Shown: positions 26,050 to 39,324, counted from the first letter of the stretch. The stretch: 64,000 nt of DNA from Eledone cirrhosa (GCA_964016885.1 OZ024743.1:60388001-60452000), one strand, 5' to 3'. The notes: generated by a model not told the origin, from the letters alone. Translations and numbers: made by a program.

Positions 26050-26640
26050 TATAACTTTGATATTTTTGCTAGGTTTCGGCCGGTATAAGCCCAGGACATG
26101 TCTAACTTAACAGCGCCACCTGGCGATGTCTTTCATATAATGATTTGGGCACCATGGCCTACTCAAGTAGTGAGTTATTGTTTTCTGAGACATATTCGGG
26201 AGTAGGAGGTTTATCTGGAATTTCTTGGAGGAATTTTCTTAAAGGCAATTTGAATTTGGTAGGGTCTGTCCCTGTTTTTATGTATTTTGGTTTGATATTA
26301 AAGAGAGCGTGACCTATTGAGGTGAAATAATGTTGCGGTAACGTTATGGAATGTGAGCTTGATTTTTGTTGTCGGCCAAATGCATGGGGCCTAAGAATGA
26401 GATGTAGTTTGTGGATGATACCAAGATCATTTGGGTAATGCTGATGGAATATTCTCAACGCCCAAGGCCGCGTTGGAGGGCATTCAGTTTGTGCCTTTGC
26501 AGTTGACCCCAGTAGTCAAGGCCTGTTATGCCGTTTATCTTGTTTTGTGATTAACCTGTGAGATGCTTCAATTGTCATAATACATGTTTCGTCTGGGGAG
26601 ATCACAATGGATAACAACAGTATCTCACATCTGATTGTTG
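26050..26640 (-). mobile_element. CR1-group LINE 3' fragment
   Basis: LFNIKPKYIK....TKFKLPLRKFLQEIPDKPPTPEY...NNSLLE resembles the ORF2 C-terminus of CR1-group LINEs. The clade assignment is tentative. Confidence 0.55.
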
Positions 26641-27131
26641 TTTCATGTAAACAAACATTCGTCTCATTCTGACGTCACCAAACCTGTTTTTCATCATGTG
26701 CGTTTTATTTTCATAATCACGCATGATGTTAAACTAGCCTGCTTTTAAATTCCCTTTTTGTCATATTAATCAGTGAGAATCTGGCTATCGTTGTGAGCTC
26801 TGCTGACGATCGTATTCCAACCGTGACCATCTCCACTGAAAGTTTACGTGAAATAGTCTTTTTGAAGACTATACAGAGCATTTGTAGTTGTCCCAAATTG
26901 AAAGATGAGTATTTTAAACTTTATTTTATCATGGTTTAAGGCTCTATTGATTTTTCCCTGGAGTTCACTAAATTCTGTTGGATAAGTCTATATCCTGATT
27001 CTTTTTGAATTGAGTTTGAATTATTTTTCCCACATCTTACGTTAACTATTTTCCCATTTTGACGCTATAGTCACTTATATATTATGGAATACTGTTGGCT
27101 TCTTGCTACAATACTTTCTATACCTTTCATT

Positions 27132-27189
<58 letters not shown>

Positions 27190-27448
27190 TATATAAAGTA
27201 CCACGGATGTTGCCAATATGGGTTTGTTTTTATTGATTTATTATTTTAAATCGAGACAGGCAAACTGTATTAATCTAATTAGTATTTTTCAATCTAGCTA
27301 ACTTACAATACAAACACTTATATGATTGCATTAGTGTTTATCATATATATTAATTTATATTAACTTGTATTTCACGGCTCAGAAATACTTCTTTCTTTGA
27401 GCTAATTAATTGTAAAAGACTGTTTGAGTTTATAACTCTCTATATATA

Positions 27449-27507
<59 letters not shown>

Positions 27508-27509
<2 letters not shown>

Positions 27510-27800
27510 AAAGTAAGTGCATAGAATCATTTGATATGATATATACAGTATTTCTCCTCCCAATCAGCATAATCAACCACATGAAAAATCAATTGAACGA
27601 GGCTATAAGTTTAAAATGTAGCTATGAAGTGGCTGTGGATCGCGGATAAAATAGTTATCATCTATTTATCTATTGTTTCATCATGGGTATATTTTAAACT
27701 TATAGCCTCATTTAATTGATTTTTTATGTGGTTGATTATGCTGATTAGGAGAAGAAATACTGTATATATTTTATCAAATGATTCTATGGACTTACTTTCT
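27508..27800. repeat. Fold-back element, ~110-bp arms
   Basis: agaaagtaagtgcatagaatcatttgata...aggctataagtttaaaat pairs with attttaaacttatagcct...tatcaaatgattctatggacttactttct. Begins at a (TA)n tract. Confidence 0.85.
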
Positions 27801-27937
27801 CATATATTGCTCTGATTGTTGATTATTTAATTAATTAATTCGTCATTGAGCCACCACGTGAATGGTTGCCAAAAACATATATATATATATATATACGATA
27901 TTAACAAATGGAAACTATATTTATAAAACCATATTTA

Positions 27938-27998
27938 TTTCATTATACATATTTCAAGGACACCAAGTTAAATTATGGTGTGCTTTCATCAGATAAAA
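27938..27998 (-). ncRNA. Type-I HHR motif (F5)
   Basis: Reverse complement of 28140-28200 with one loop change. Confidence 0.65.
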
Positions 27999-28139
27999 CA
28001 TAATATGGAGCAGTTTTATAAATAAATATTGACATGCCCTTAAAGAATGCAACCATTACTATTGGAAGCTCCCGGATAGTAATCGTTGCATTCTTTAAGG
28101 GTATGTCAATATTCATTTATAAAACTGCTCCATATTATA

Positions 28140-28200
28140 TTTTATCTGATGAAAGCACACCAGAATTTAACTTGGTGTCCTTGAAATATGTATAATGAAA
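28140..28200 (+). ncRNA. Type-I HHR motif (F5)
   Basis: ttttat-CTGATGA-aagcacacca gaatttaact tggtgtcctt-GAAA-tatgt-ATA-atgaaa. Confidence 0.65.
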
Positions 28201-28399
28201 TAAATATGGTTTTATAAATATAGTTTCCATTTGTTAATATCGTATTTTTACTCCAATTAATTGTTGAGTGCTTTATATCAGTTATAAAAATATTTGCTTG
28301 TTGTATCCCAACAATTTAAATAGAACTTTTACATATATATATATATATATATATATATTAGTTTTGCGAGGTTTTTTATATGAAATCGTGTGTCGAAAC

Positions 28400-28751
28400 A
28401 AATATTGTTATACTTGGGGAGGGTCATATTTGTGTAATATTGCCAGAATTAATAACAGAAAACACTCACTGTTTGGTTGGTTTTCGCTTCTCGCTTCTGT
28501 GTCTTTTATATCGGTAATCTAATATACTCGGTCCTCAATGTTGCCATTGACTGACCGGCGGTCAAAAATAATACAGATACAATATAGACACAAACACATA
28601 TATATAGTTTATCATAAATCTTTCGTTGCACATCTGCAACATCGTCAGTGGTGCTATATTTTCCTCCTGTTGTATTGTATGTCTACGCCATTTTTATTCA
28701 GTCTGTTATTAATTCTGGCAATATTACACAAATATGACCCTCCCCAAGTAT

Positions 28752-28758
<7 letters not shown>
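28400..28758. mobile_element. PLE pLTR-like fragment with inverted ends and a partial HHR core
   Basis: 28403-28458 is inverted to 28703-28758, and 28415-28552 is inverted to 30890-31030. Minus strand 28621-28648 reads CTGACGA-t-gttgca gatg tgcaac-GAAA, with no clear stem I partner. Confidence 0.6.
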
Positions 28759-28786
<28 letters not shown>

Positions 28787-29295
28787 TCTGTCTAGTTTAC
28801 GTATATGTAAAACTATATATATATATATTATACATATAAGTATGTGAATTTTGTATATGTAATGATTGTTCATCTTACTGTTGTATATCTAATTATCATA
28901 TATCTAACGGGTTGTTTAGGAACGAACATTTGTAAAGCCTTTTACCTATGAAATTTGAAAAGCTGGCGGCTAGCACCATCTAGCGGAAACCTGCAGAAGG
29001 AGCAGGGAATAATGACCAACGCGTTTCTGGCTTAGGTCGGTATCAGGGCAATGCCTCCCCGAACCTGCTCTCTGCTGGAATTTATCAAAAAAGAGGAAAA
29101 TGTATAATTCTTTTACCTATGTACATGGACTGATTAGCCTCATTTACATATGGAGCTGTCGTTCGATATATATAGTTAATTGGTGTATATGTTGGTTAAT
29201 TCCCGACACTACAGTATTCAGAGTAGAGCACTAAATGAAGTGTGCAGGTGGGTTTATAAATCTGACCAATAGGAGGGAGATGAATTCTACATCTA

Positions 29296-29354
29296 GCTGT
29301 CTGATGAGATCATAGTTGTTGGATAATAGTTATCACCGAAATATATATAACAGC
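29296..29354 (+). ncRNA. Type-I HHR motif
   Basis: gctgt-CTGATGA-gatcatagttgttggataatagttatcacc-GAAA-tatat-ATA-acagc. 5-bp stem I, palindromic atatatat stem III. Confidence 0.65.
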
Positions 29355-29483
29355 GACTATGGTTAAACGAAGTTAATTTTAACATGTTGACTTGCACTTC
29401 TTGTTCATATATATATATATATATCCAGGGGGTGTAACTAGGAGTTACTGCAGGTTCACCCGGGTGAGCACTCGATGTTTAGG

Positions 29484-29530
<47 letters not shown>

Positions 29531-29977
29531 GAACGACATTTCTATACTTTCAAAACCATTTCTTATATGAAGAGTTAAAGGATCAGGAAAACGTAGTCGT
29601 AATGAGTATATAAGTTATACTAAAACTGCGAGAGAGGGATTACAGAAGAATCTATTACATAGGTTAACAGCCGGTCATGTCAAAAGGTGATATAGAAACT
29701 ATTTATAGATTACATGCAGTAAAATGTCACCTAGCCTCACCAAGAAAAAAATAATGAACACATACAAAGTATATAATAAAACCTACCAGTAAGTTGTTTT
29801 CACCAGATGTTAGCTAAATTGTGTCAATGACGCAACTATTTACATGTTAAAAATAAATGAAAAAGAAGGGAATCTAGAACGGTTTTTGTGCATAAAATGT
29901 ATATATATATATATATTCATACATACTTGCATATGTATATATATATTCATACATACTTGCATATATATGTATATATA

Positions 29978-30051
<74 letters not shown>

Positions 30052-30399
30052 TACATACATGCATATATATATATATATATATATTTAAATTTATTTCAAT
30101 TTAGTAGTCAAATACAATTCTTAAGCTCTAAGAAAATACTTCTGAGCATTACAGTACAATTTAAAAAAAATATGATCAACACTAATGTGTTTTTGCAAAA
30201 TGACAATAATTTTTTAGCCAGATAGAAATACCTTAATTCAAGTACATATAGTCCGCCTGTATCGATCTAGAAAATATTAAATATTAAATCTATACTTACA
30301 GACGTAAAAAAAATTAAATTGTATATATATATATACATATGTGTGTATCTCTATATATTTTTGTATATATATATTCATACATACATGCATATATATCTA

Positions 30400-31126
<727 letters not shown>

Positions 31127-31622
31127 TATGTATATATATATATATATATTCATATGTATATATATATATATATTCATATGTATATATTTATATATATTCA
31201 TATGTATGTATTTATATATATTTATGTCTGTATTTATATATATTTATATATATATTTATGTATATACACAGTTTAAGAGTAACCAATCTTAAAGAGAGAG
31301 ATGGAGATAGGAGAGGAGAAGAGAGATTGGTGAATTAGTTAAAAGCAAAAAGCGTAAAGGCATGCGCTCAATGTGAAATATGCAGTGGAAGGCAGCTAGG
31401 GGCTGGGTTCATGCGGAGGTTAGGTGCACATAGCTGGAAATATTCATTAGTTAAGCAAAACAAGACCACAAATTTCACAAGGAAGACATTATTTAAAGAT
31501 TGTCAACATAGTTGTAGTTTAATGTAAGGGATGTAAAGAATAATAATAATAATACTAATAATGTCCGTTTACAATTGTTTCGCTACTCCATATGATGTTT
31601 CTGGATCAAATGATTATAGATC

Positions 31623-31718
31623 ATTATTGATATCCTTACGGGGTCGATAAAATAAAGTACCAGTAATGTACTGGGTATTTGCTGTCCTTGTGCCTAACGT
31701 AGAAACAATTATTGATAT
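31623..31718 (+). mobile_element. 5'-truncated SINE inserted in a pLTR, with an 11-bp target-site duplication
   Basis: attattgatat at 31623-31633 and 31708-31718 flanks ccttacggggtcgataaaataaagtaccag...gtagaaac. Absent from the sister arm at ~33390. Confidence 0.8.
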
Positions 31719-31902
31719 TGTTCAGTTGAAGATAATCAACTTAGGAAAAATTGGAGCAATTAATCGGAACTTCAAAGGGAATATAAATTAAGGTAAAGAA
31801 AGATGGTTACATGAATGTTATGTTCCATATATTGGTATTTGACTATGATGTCCTGGGTCTATCTATTGTCTGCCATAGGCGAGCAATATTCTTCTGTCTA
31901 TG

Positions 31903-31982
31903 CTGCGTTATGCGAGATCTGCGTTATGCGAGATCTGCGTTATGCGAGAACTGCGTTATGCGAGATCTGCGTTATGCAAGAT
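31903..31982. repeat. 5x16-bp minisatellite (ctgcgttatgcgagat)
   Basis: Five tandem units, two with single substitutions. Confidence 0.92.
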
Positions 31983-33949
31983 GGCCGCCAAAGGACATAT
32001 TTATCTTACTAATTAGAGGCTGGTTTCCGGGGAAGTAACTCCTCGAGAAATTAGAAGTTGTAGGTGGTTTATAGTTAAGAAGAGCTAATGAGTTTAAGTG
32101 AGAGACAATGTAAGGGAGTAACTTATAATTATCTAAGTTAGCTATAACTACTTAACATGTTAGCTATAAGAAAAAGTGGAATTAGATGACTATGTTGGGT
32201 CAAATATTCTGTTGGCGAAGGAATTAGCCCTTCGATGTTGACAGCTAATAGTTACCTCCGTTCTATCATTAATCGGTAGAAGTCGTGATAGAGTTATGTA
32301 ATAGGCTTTGGTAAGACAGAAATCACAAGAGATTCTCCGCCCATTGGACGGTTGGGCTCTAGCCAAGATATCCCATGTTAGTGAGTGTTCAATGTTGGTT
32401 AATTGAAGATTTTTAATGAGCCTAGCTAGAGATGTCGAACATCTATTGCTAGGGTCTCGGAAAGAAAATGAGTGCGCGTTATAGCGTACCTTAAAAGGGT
32501 TAGAGGTAGAGCCAATATAGGAGCTAGTATGTGATGCTGTTTTAACTGTGCACCTATAAACTATATTGGGTGTAAAGCATTGTCCGTTTAGTGGGCATGC
32601 ATTAGGGTAACGGTAGTTGCAGTTAATGCTGCTGTTAGTGAGGTTAGGGTTGTTTAAACTATGCGTGCTAGAAGGATTAGATGGGGAGGTATGCTACTAG
32701 AGTAAGTATTGGTGTATTGGCATTGTGTATTTGAGGGGGGGGGGCTACCGCTGTTTAGGTGTTATACTGTCTTAGTTTATGATGGTTACTGAATGCGATA
32801 TGGTTAGCTAGGTTAGGTGTTGTGTAGAATGAGATTTTAATGTTGTTTTTATTAAAGAATTTGTAATATCTATGGTTGGGGGGGGGGGTTAGATAGGATA
32901 GAGAAGAAGCGTTTAGGGATATTAGTGGCTAAGTTAGGTGAAAATGGGGGGTTAAGCCAGGTGATATTTCTAGGCCTTATCCTTCTAGCGGTCCTAGTGG
33001 AGTTGGCAGGGGCCTTCATAGTGTTATTATTACCTGGGCATTTGTTATTTCTCATCCCATTGCTCATTCTTATTCTAGGGTTGATTTTGAGTCTGCTACT
33101 GGGAGTGGAAAGTAGGCCTCTGTCACCATTAAGGTTCCCTATATAGGTGCTATTACTGCTAAAATTCCGGCGAATCTGGCTATATGCTAAAGTATTTGTA
33201 GTTCTAGTGTTAAGTTTATTATGGTTGTGGTGAAGTGCTGTGTTATGGCATTTAGGTATATAGTAAATGGACTGTTCATAACCAAATTCAGAAAGAGCCT
33301 CATTATAATATGTCGTTCAATGGACAAAGAAATTCTTGTGATCTCTGCTCTAATTTGTCCTAAGTTAATTATCTTCAACTGAACCAGATCAATAATGATC
33401 TATAATCATTTAATCCAGAAACATTATATGGAGTAGCGAAACAATTGTAAACGGACATTATTAGTATTATTATTATTATTCTTTACATCCCTTACATTAA
33501 ACTACAACTATGTTGACAATCTTTAAATAATGTCTTCGAGGTGAAATGTGTGGTTTTATTTTGCTTAACTAATGAATATTTAAGTATATATATATATGTA
33601 AAGATAAATATTAATGTATATACATGTGTCCAAACATGTGTGTATAATGTATATGTGTGTGTATGTTTATGTATATATATTTATATATGTAGGGGGATTC
33701 TGCGTGCGTGTGTATATATATGTGTGTGTGTATGTGTGTGTACATATATGTTGAATATAGATGTCTTTATATTTATTCATGTTATGACGCCTTCTTGACA
33801 CATTTATTAAACAAGATAAACGATTATTGGTGAGAATATTCCCAGGTGACTACAGAATCAATCACATTTGTCGCCTCTGTGTATCTATATACATATCTTC
33901 TTTTTTTCTAATCTTTTATCAGAACTACATCTCACTTCATTATTAATAC

Positions 33950-34385
33950 TTTGTAATTGAAGCACAAGGCCGACAATTTTGTGAGGACAGTAAAGTCGAT
34001 TATATCGACACGAGTGCGTTACGGGTATTTTATTTTATCGACGCTGTAACATAAATCTTGGTGAGAGTTGAGGTCATAGAGTGAAGTCCCATATCTCTAT
34101 GCTGTAAAGAATATTATACAATGCTCTACCAATACTGCCACTGCATTAAACCTACCTCAACAATAATAGTTTCTGATTTAAGCACAAGGCAAACGTATTT
34201 GATGGGAGGTTAAAATCGATTTAATCGACTCCAGGGCAATACGGGTACTTTATCTTATCGACCCTGGAAGGATGAAAGGCAAAGCTAACATCGGCGGGAT
34301 TTAAAATCAGAACGTTTAGGGCAGTAACTCTATATTGCTAAACATGTTGTCTGACGCTCTACCGATTCCGCCAATCCACCGCCCC
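33950..34385 (-). mobile_element. Two tandem SINE copies
   Basis: Both begin 'aagcacaaggc' and contain 'ttatcgac'. The second has aaggatgaaaggcaaag...ggcgggatttaaaatcag. Confidence 0.65.
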
Positions 34386-34809
34386 TGTATCACTAGTAAT
34401 AATATAGAGTGAAACATGTACTGACCAGGCTGTAGAAGAAGTTTGTTTAGGTTTTAGATTCCTCCTAGTCCTCTAGTAATCATGATGTCAAGATATAAGG
34501 AACTCATATGACGTAAAGCTAAGAAGACTGTTCAGAGGAACATAGTCAATAGGATTCCGCAACTTTTGAGCTCAACTAAATTATTTCCATATCACATCAT
34601 CGGGTCTAGGACTGTATCACAATACCCACATTTGAATATATGACACAATTAAAGGATATTATGTATATTTGATATTTGATAAAAGGGGGAAGATGCAAGT
34701 CAAACAAACTAATTTAAGAATGTTTCTAGAATTAAGAAGCAATATTAATCATCCTGAGCGTATAAATGGACGCAACAATATGCCGTAACGCATGTGGTAC
34801 CAAATTCAC

Positions 34810-34975
34810 TAATAATGGTTTCTGATATAGGAACAATTCCAACAATTTTTTGGGACGGAAAACCTCAATAAAATCGAGCCCTGTGCGTGAATGGTGCTAT
34901 ATTTTCTCGACTTAAGGATGAAAGGCAAAACTAACCTCGGCAGTATTTGAACTCAGAACGTAAATGGACGTAAAA
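34810..34975 (-). mobile_element. SINE fragment
   Basis: aaggatgaaaggcaaaactaacctcggcagtatttgaactcagaacgtaa. Confidence 0.65.
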
Positions 34976-35436
34976 TATCTTGTATCTACTTCATTAATAA
35001 TACCACAGTAACTGATAATTGTTCAGTCTTCTACTCTCAGGCGAGAATAGACGGAGAAGGTGATCTATGGCATTGAAGGGACCTCATTTCTTAAGTTCTC
35101 ATACCTATATTTTCTTCTGTTAGACGGATTTTATGTGTATATCATGTAAAGAGGCGTGGATTTGTGCGCCGTTCATGATCGTAGGGTCGTCAGTTCGATT
35201 TCCTGTTGCAGGTTTTGTCCGTTAACAAGTTACTTCCTTTCAGATTGCGCCAGTCCGCTCACCTCGTAAAACCGTACCTATACCTGCAATTCAAAGGGTC
35301 ATACATTTATCTCACCACGTTCGGTTGAATCTCCCCGAAAAGCACTTTAAGACTACACGTGTCTATGAAATATATATCCAATCATATGCAAGGTGTTTCG
35401 TTTTTTCGAACAAATGGAATATTTGATGTCGGAACC

Positions 35437-35493
<57 letters not shown>

Positions 35494-36133
35494 TGGTTTA
35501 CATGTGTATGTATATATATTTAACCCTTAAGCAAATCATATATTTAATATTAATTATTAAAATACGTAATGAGTAGTTTAAAATAGGGGTTTCATTTTAC
35601 GTCCTGTCTGGGTCCATCACCTTATTTAGGCGGGTGAAATATCTAACGTAGGCGGCAAATTGGTAGACACGTTAGAACGTCGAATAGAGTGCGTTGGTTG
35701 TTCGTTTCGGCACTCAGCGGTGGTCAACTTCGCCTTTCGAAGTCAATGACAAAAGTATCAATCGAATACTGGGGTTGATTCTTTCTCTATATCTCTTTCT
35801 CATTTTCTTTCTCTCATTCTCTATCCTTCTCTGGGTGTAATCTGCTGTATTCAGACTTGGAGAGGAGATGTGCTCCGTCATGTTCAAAATGCCCTAGGAA
35901 ACGCTGTATATCAATATTGTGCCCCTACTGCTCTCTCAGGAGTTATGGATTTATGCATGCAATATCTAATATAATACAATATCACATTTGGGTTGAATAC
36001 ATCAATGGAGAGTAACTCCATGCATATTGTTAAATCATAATATATTTAATGTGAAAATACAAAATATTAGAACACAGTTGATATATACATATTAGTAGAC
36101 CAATAATGGCAATTGTGTTGCATTTAATTTTAG

Positions 36134-36197
36134 GGATCCAAGATTATTAAGCCATATATATCATGATTACTGGATAATTTGTCAATTATTTGCATGA
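36134..36197 (+). CDS. Candidate terminal exon of the carboxylesterase-like gene
   Basis: The tttaattttag acceptor is phase-compatible with the 22519 donor and rebuilds WTHFAVKG-DP (family consensus WxNFAkxGDP). It continues RLLSHIYHDYWIICQLFA*, with ATTAAA at 36241. Confidence 0.5.
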
Positions 36198-36441
36198 GAG
36201 AAACCCTATATTTGATTCTGATTATTGCTACATAGATGTGATTAAAGAAAAGAATGTTATTTCATGAATCATTTCTAAGCCATAATTACGTACATGTTCA
36301 GTATGTATGTACAAAAGGTATACAAGTTAAAATGTATGAGTAATTACAAGGAAAAAATGTAAGGATAGAACCCGGAATCTTGTAATTTGAAAGCGAAATA
36401 GTAAATGCATTGTGTGTGTGTAAATTTAATGAATGCAGACA

Positions 36442-36510
<69 letters not shown>

Positions 36511-36811
36511 CCATGTGTATTTGTATAATAATATATATATATAGATATATATGGAAAGAATGAAATGGATTTTCATTTTTCACTCTTCGTACGGCTGATA
36601 CTTAAATATAAGTATGTATACGAACATATATGTATACAGACGTACAGTAGTATGTATATATATACATACCTGCACGCATATATATATATGTACGTATGGG
36701 TTTACCGAAAACTTATTATAATGCTCGGTTAGTTTGTAAACAAACAGCCCGAATTAAGCCGTACAGTGTTCGGCAATCATCGTTGCCCTTTTGTTCAACA
36801 CTGACAAAGGA

Positions 36812-36854
36812 ACGATGAACTAGTGTCAAGCTTATTATCTATCGTCAGCATCGT
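36812..36854 (-). ncRNA. Type-I HHR motif (F1), GAAA mutated to GACA
   Basis: Minus strand: acgatg-CTGACGA-tagataataagctt-GACA-cta-GTT-catcgt. Confidence 0.5.
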
Positions 36855-37083
36855 ATATCTCCCTGTCAGATGATTGAACGTTTGAAAGTATATACTTTCC
36901 TAATACATATTAACGGCTGAGCAGTCTAATTTGCATATCGAGTGAGTTCATTCTTTTCCATTTATCGTTTTCGGTACACCTGGCCGACTAACTCACTCGA
37001 TATTCAAATTAGGCTGCTCAATCGTTAATATGCATAAGGAAAGTATATACTTCCAAACGTTCAATCATCTGACAGGAATGTAT

Positions 37084-37126
37084 ACGATGCTGACGATAGA
37101 TAATAAGCTTGAAACTAGTTCATCGT
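37084..37126 (+). ncRNA. Minimal type-I HHR motif (F1)
   Basis: acgatg-CTGACGA-tagataataagctt-GAAA-cta-GTT-catcgt. Perfect 6-bp stem I, palindromic stem III aactagtt. Confidence 0.72.
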
Positions 37127-38859
37127 TCCTTGAAACAGTGTTGAACAAAAGGGCAACGATGGTTGTCGAACACTGTACGGCTTAATCCGGGCTGTTTATT
37201 TACAAACAAACCGAGCATTATAATAAATGTTCGGTAAACCCATACGTACATATATGTGTGCATCTATGTATATATATATACATACTACTGTATTTCTGTA
37301 TACATATATGTATGTACGTATACATACTTACATATATATATATATATATACACACAAATACACATGGAGTACTATTATTGTTGGTAATAAAAAAAGTGTT
37401 TATTTCCCCGCAGTAATTTCCTCTTCACTAGTTGCGATGAATGAAAAATATATTAAGCTTGAATATTAATAAATTCTAATTCACTGAAGTTGATTTTCTC
37501 CACGATCTAACATAAAGAATAGTCTTCAAATCTACGTTAATGTCAAACACCATGGAAATGTTTATTTATATATGTTTATACATATATATTATAGAAAATA
37601 AATTATCCCTTCATAAATAAACCATGTTGTAGCACGGATGCGGTTTCAATTCATTTTTGTATCGATAGTTTGTTAAGAATATGTTCTGAAATAATTTCAA
37701 AGCTGAATACTTTCTTCTTGAAAGTAGATATTACAGAAAATAAGTAATTTTATATTTTTCTCTGCAAGTGAAAATTTCGATAAAAACTATTAATGTTATG
37801 CTAGTTTTTATTGTTCTCTGTTCGCAAAACGTAGTAAACTATAAACTTCCATAATCAAAGTTTTTAGTGCTTTACAAATACGTACAATTGTTTAGTTTAT
37901 TGTTTTTTCTTAACAGAACAGGAATATTATGGAGATAATAATTGCGTAGTTAATACTGCTCTCACTGTTTTCATACATGACGTTTCATAATTAACGCATT
38001 GTAATTATAGATCATCCGTCAAAATCAACGATGGTATTTTAGTTATTCAACCACTTGAGTGTTTAACTTGGGAATTAATGTATAAATTGTTGAGAATTTC
38101 AGAGACAGATGCAGCCTTAATGCAATTTCCGAGCCGCAACAGCATAAAACCTTATGAGATATGACTGAAGCATTGAATTACTGACACAATCAATCCGACG
38201 GTCTTTTCAAGTTCCCGCAAACTCTATATTCACCCACAAGTCAACGGTCGACCCAAAGTAAAGACTCTTTGAGCATATGCTACGCCATGGTGTTGTCTGC
38301 TAAGAGAACTTCGTAAGTGTATACAGACAGAAAATGCAATATTTTCTAACATAAAAACATGAATATTCGGAGATTATAGGTCGAACGTTTTTCGGTTGCC
38401 TTTAAAATTATGAAGTATATTAAGAGTTTCACATATGTAATAATTAAAACCTCGGGATTTAGAAACTGAAACCTAGCATATGTCCTTCAATGGATTCAGC
38501 TAGTGACATCTTCTCTCATTGGTGTTTACATAATAAGGAGTTCATATAGATTTTGTGTAGAAGTTTAAACATAACACTATCAATACAAACACAAATACAC
38601 ACTCCCAAACATATTTCGTGCATTTGTAACCGATATGTCATATTTATGTGTGGATGTGTGCGTGTATGAGTGTTAAGTGGGTGAAATCTTGAATCTCCAT
38701 AAGTACAAACTGATGCATTGATATATAAAATCAATAGATTGTATGATAAGAAATAGTAATGCAATGTCGTTGGAAATTGAACATCTCAGAACAAGGTAAG
38801 CGTGTGAACCATTATATCTTTACATGCATTTATGTATTTCCCATGGCGATGTTATTAAG

Positions 38860-38919
<60 letters not shown>

Positions 38920-38988
38920 AAAAAGGGATGAAATCGAAAATGCAACTGAAGTCTTATTTTAAAAAAATATATATATATTTATTTGGTT

Positions 38989-39026
38989 CCTTTACCGGTT
39001 TCGCAGTTCTTCTGCTTTTCAAAAGG
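38989..39026 (-). ncRNA. Minimal HHR, U3-A8 variant (F2)
   Basis: Minus strand: cctt-TTGAAAA-gcag aagaa ctgc-GAAA-ccg-GTA-aagg. Confidence 0.68.
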
Positions 39027-39043
39027 GGAGTTGAGATAACTCC

Positions 39044-39081
39044 CCTTTTGAAAAGCAGAAGAGCTGCGAAACCGGTAAAGG
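39044..39081 (+). ncRNA. Minimal HHR, U3-A8 variant (F2)
   Basis: cctt-TTGAAAA-gcag aagag ctgc-GAAA-ccg-GTA-aagg. 38 nt, palindromic accggt stem III. Confidence 0.68.
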
Positions 39082-39150
39082 AACCAAATAAATATATATA
39101 TATTTTTTTAAAATAAGACTTCAGTTGCATTTTCGATTTCATCCCTTTTT

Positions 39151-39188
<38 letters not shown>

Positions 39189-39273
39189 CTTAATAACATC
39201 GCCATGGGAAATACATAAATGCATGTAAAGATATAATGGTTCACACGCTTACCTTGTTCTGAGATGTTCAATA

Positions 39274-39324
<51 letters not shown>

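Larger units (their letters stand above)
27893..28244. mobile_element. Fold-back element with two inverted HHRs (F5)
   Basis: Arms of ~170 bp, centre ~28062-28074. Starts at a (TA)n tract. Confidence 0.85.
31437..33580 (-). mobile_element. 5'-truncated PLE (Naiad-like) with inverted pLTR copies at both ends
   Basis: Degenerate ORF ~33070-32260 (RNITWLNPPFS...CNYRYPNACPLNGQC..NIVYRC...YIGSTSNPFKVRYNAH). 31437-31765 is inverted to 33345-33580. An HHR 3' half (GAAA-caatt-GTA) is present in both copies. Confidence 0.82.
36503..37374. mobile_element. Fold-back element with two inverted HHRs (F1)
   Basis: Arms of ~400 bp: tagtactccatgtgtatttgt ... acaaatacacatggagtacta. Centre ~36948-36990. Confidence 0.85.
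38776..39272. mobile_element. Near-perfect fold-back with two inverted HHRs (F2)
   Basis: Centre aaaaggggagtt-gagat-aactcccctttt. The arms differ by one visible substitution and by (TA)n length. Confidence 0.9.

Noticed and set aside
29014-29049. HHR-like minus-strand motif (CTGATAC...GAAA-cgc-GTT), plus a similar one at ~20128-20165
   Set aside because: Core and stems are too degenerate to call, though they may be decayed HHRs.
31903-31982. CRISPR-like appearance of short repeats (also 6572-6670 and 63517-63637)
   Set aside because: Tandem units without unique spacers, or only two copies. Eukaryotic context with no cas genes.
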